Source: Candidatus Poribacteria bacterium
GTDB taxonomy: Bacteria; Poribacteria; WGA-4E; PCPOR2b
Reading direction: 5' to 3'
Assembly: GCA_965198175.1 (NCBI GenBank)
Contig: OZ240245.1
Span: forward strand, 864,001 to 928,000
Length of the DNA: 64,000 nt
Below, piece after piece: positions 62,546 through 64,000 of the stretch. The notes under the pieces are model-generated. The model ran no database searches. It was given only the letters and a program-made list of their open reading frames with translations, and was not told the DNA's origin. Position numbers and translations under genes: made by a program. The stretch's first letter is position 1, and each line of letters starts with the position of its first letter.

Positions 62546-62744
62546 GCGATGTGAGTTGTTCGAATCATAGAAGCGAGGATGGTTCATTACGTTGATAACT
62601 TGGGTTGACGAGGGTTGATAGAAGTGTTACAATAAAACAATGGAAACACTGACGGGCAGAGGAGCGATCCCGCATCACCGAAAAGTGTCTGCGTAGCTCC
62701 TATGCTTGTGAAATGCGAAAAATGAAACGAAGGAACCAGTCATT

Positions 62745-63812
62745 ATGGATGCGACCATTCAGCCGATTTTGGAAAAAGCATTAGCCGGGGAACGCTTGGA
62801 CTTTGACGACGGTTTAACGCTTTTTAAGAGTTTCGATATATTGTCGATTGGTAGTGCAGCCGACACCATCCGCCAACGGAATCACCCAGAGGGTTACATC
62901 ACCTACATCGTCGATCGCAATATCAACTACACCAATTGGTGTTACGTGGATTGCGAATTCTGCGGTTTCTATCGCCATAAAAGTGACCCTGACGCTTATG
63001 TGATGTCCAAGGCGGAGTTGGGCAATAAGATTCAAGAGACAATCGATTTGGGCGGTGTTCTCATCCTGATGCAGGGCGGTTTACACCCTAAACTGAAACT
63101 TGACTGGTACGAAGATTACCTCCAATGGATTAAGGCAAATTATAACATCCACATTCACGGCTTCTCACCACCGGAAATTGACTGGTTTGCTAAGATTAAC
63201 CGGCTCTCGCTCAAGGAGACGTTAATCCGGCTACGCGATGCAGGTTTGGACTCAATCCCAGGCGGTGGCGGGGAGATTTTAACCGATCATGCCAGAAACG
63301 AAATCAGTCCGAAAAAATGCACGGCCGACGAGTGGTTGGAGGTGATGCGCCAAGGGCATTATGTCGGGCTGAAATCAAGCGCGACGATGATGTACGGACA
63401 TGTCGAAAGTTACGCCGAGCGCGTGGAGCATCTCATCCGCTTGAGAGAACTGCAAGATGAGACGCGCGGTTTCACCGCTTTTATCTGCTGGTCGCTTCAG
63501 CCAAATAACACCCGCCTCGAACATATGCCGCCCGCCGGAAGTTTTGAATATCTTAAAACATTAGCCATTTCCCGCCTGATGCTTGACAATTTTGACAACT
63601 TCCAGTCTTCATGGGTGACCCAAGGACCAAAAATTGGTCAATTATCCCTCAAATTCGGCGCGAATGACATGGGCGGCACCATGATCGAAGAGAATGTTGT
63701 GAGCCAAGCGGGAACGGTTTACTGCATGTCCATCGAAGAAATCGAGCGCACGATTGCCGAGTTTGGATTTGTCCCAAAACGGCGGAATTTTTTCTATGAG
63801 ATTCTTAACTAA
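62745..63812 (+). CDS. mqnC: Cyclic dehypoxanthinyl futalosine synthase (radical SAM)
   Basis: DRNINYTNWCYVDCEFC, MQGGLHP, PGGGGEIL, GANDMGGTMIEENVV. Confidence 0.9.
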   Translation: MDATIQPILEKALAGERLDFDDGLTLFKSFDILSIGSAADTIRQRNHPEGYITYIVDRNINYTNWCYVDCEFCGFYRHKSDPDAYVMSKAELGNKIQETIDLGGVLILMQGGLHPKLKLDWYEDYLQWIKANYNIHIHGFSPPEIDWFAKINRLSLKETLIRLRDAGLDSIPGGGGEILTDHARNEISPKKCTADEWLEVMRQGHYVGLKSSATMMYGHVESYAERVEHLIRLRELQDETRGFTAFICWSLQPNNTRLEHMPPAGSFEYLKTLAISRLMLDNFDNFQSSWVTQGPKIGQLSLKFGANDMGGTMIEENVVSQAGTVYCMSIEEIERTIAEFGFVPKRRNFFYEILN

Positions 63813-63915
63813 CCTCCCTCTGCCCCCATAGTTAAGCTCCCTCACTTGTTCCAATCTTCTTACACAAATCAGAACCACAATCTATACCTGGATTAATAGA
63901 ATTCGGGAGTGATTC

Positions 63916-64000
63916 ATGTCAAAAAGCATTGTTGCAGAAACACATTTAGCAGACCTAAAGCTCCTCCATAGGGGTAAGGTTCGAGATCTCTACGATCTGG
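63916..64000 (+). CDS. purC: SAICAR synthase, partial (5' end)
   Basis: MSKSIVAETHLADLKLLHRGKVRDLYDL (GKVRDLY motif). Confidence 0.8.
   Translation, partial: MSKSIVAETHLADLKLLHRGKVRDLYDL

Noticed and set aside
62640..62730. Riboswitch upstream of mqnC
   Set aside because: No recognisable aptamer consensus or terminator

Overview
Bacterial window, probably Candidatus Poribacteria or a relative. This is an inference from the secreted WD40 and TolB-like proteins with FlgD/T9SS-A-like tails and the 'VEP..K..T.WG..K'-type motif. There are three zones. (1) 1-21 kb is a minus-strand island of secreted beta-propeller genes: five paralogous 14-blade WD40 proteins with a constant C-terminal Ig-like sorting domain, two TolB/PD40 proteins, two TonB-dependent receptors, duplicated sigma-54 promoter/enhancer leaders and IS5-type MITEs. 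(2) 21-39 kb has a porin and a PLP decarboxylase, then a type III-A CRISPR-Cas locus: 5'-truncated cas1, a 6-spacer array whose last repeat is broken by a MITE, a SWIM-finger gene, cas2, cas6 with in-frame REP-like insertions, a membrane coiled-coil gene, a duplicated cas6 5' fragment, csx1, a DUF1874/Crn2-like gene, csm5-4-3-2-cas10 and crn3/csx3. (3) 39-64 kb is mostly housekeeping (oxidoreductase, acyl-CoA synthetase, DtxR/MntR with operator, tatAC, yggS-proC-yggT, lspA, def-fmt, PASTA protein, rpe, a complete IS3, a solute symporter, mqnC, partial purC). Best novelty candidates: the Crn2/AcrIII-1 homolog that keeps the cA4-binding arginines but has lost the catalytic His/Glu, beside an intact Crn3; and the fixed-length, blade-shuffling WD40 receptor array. 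All family assignments come from motif recognition by eye; no searches were run.
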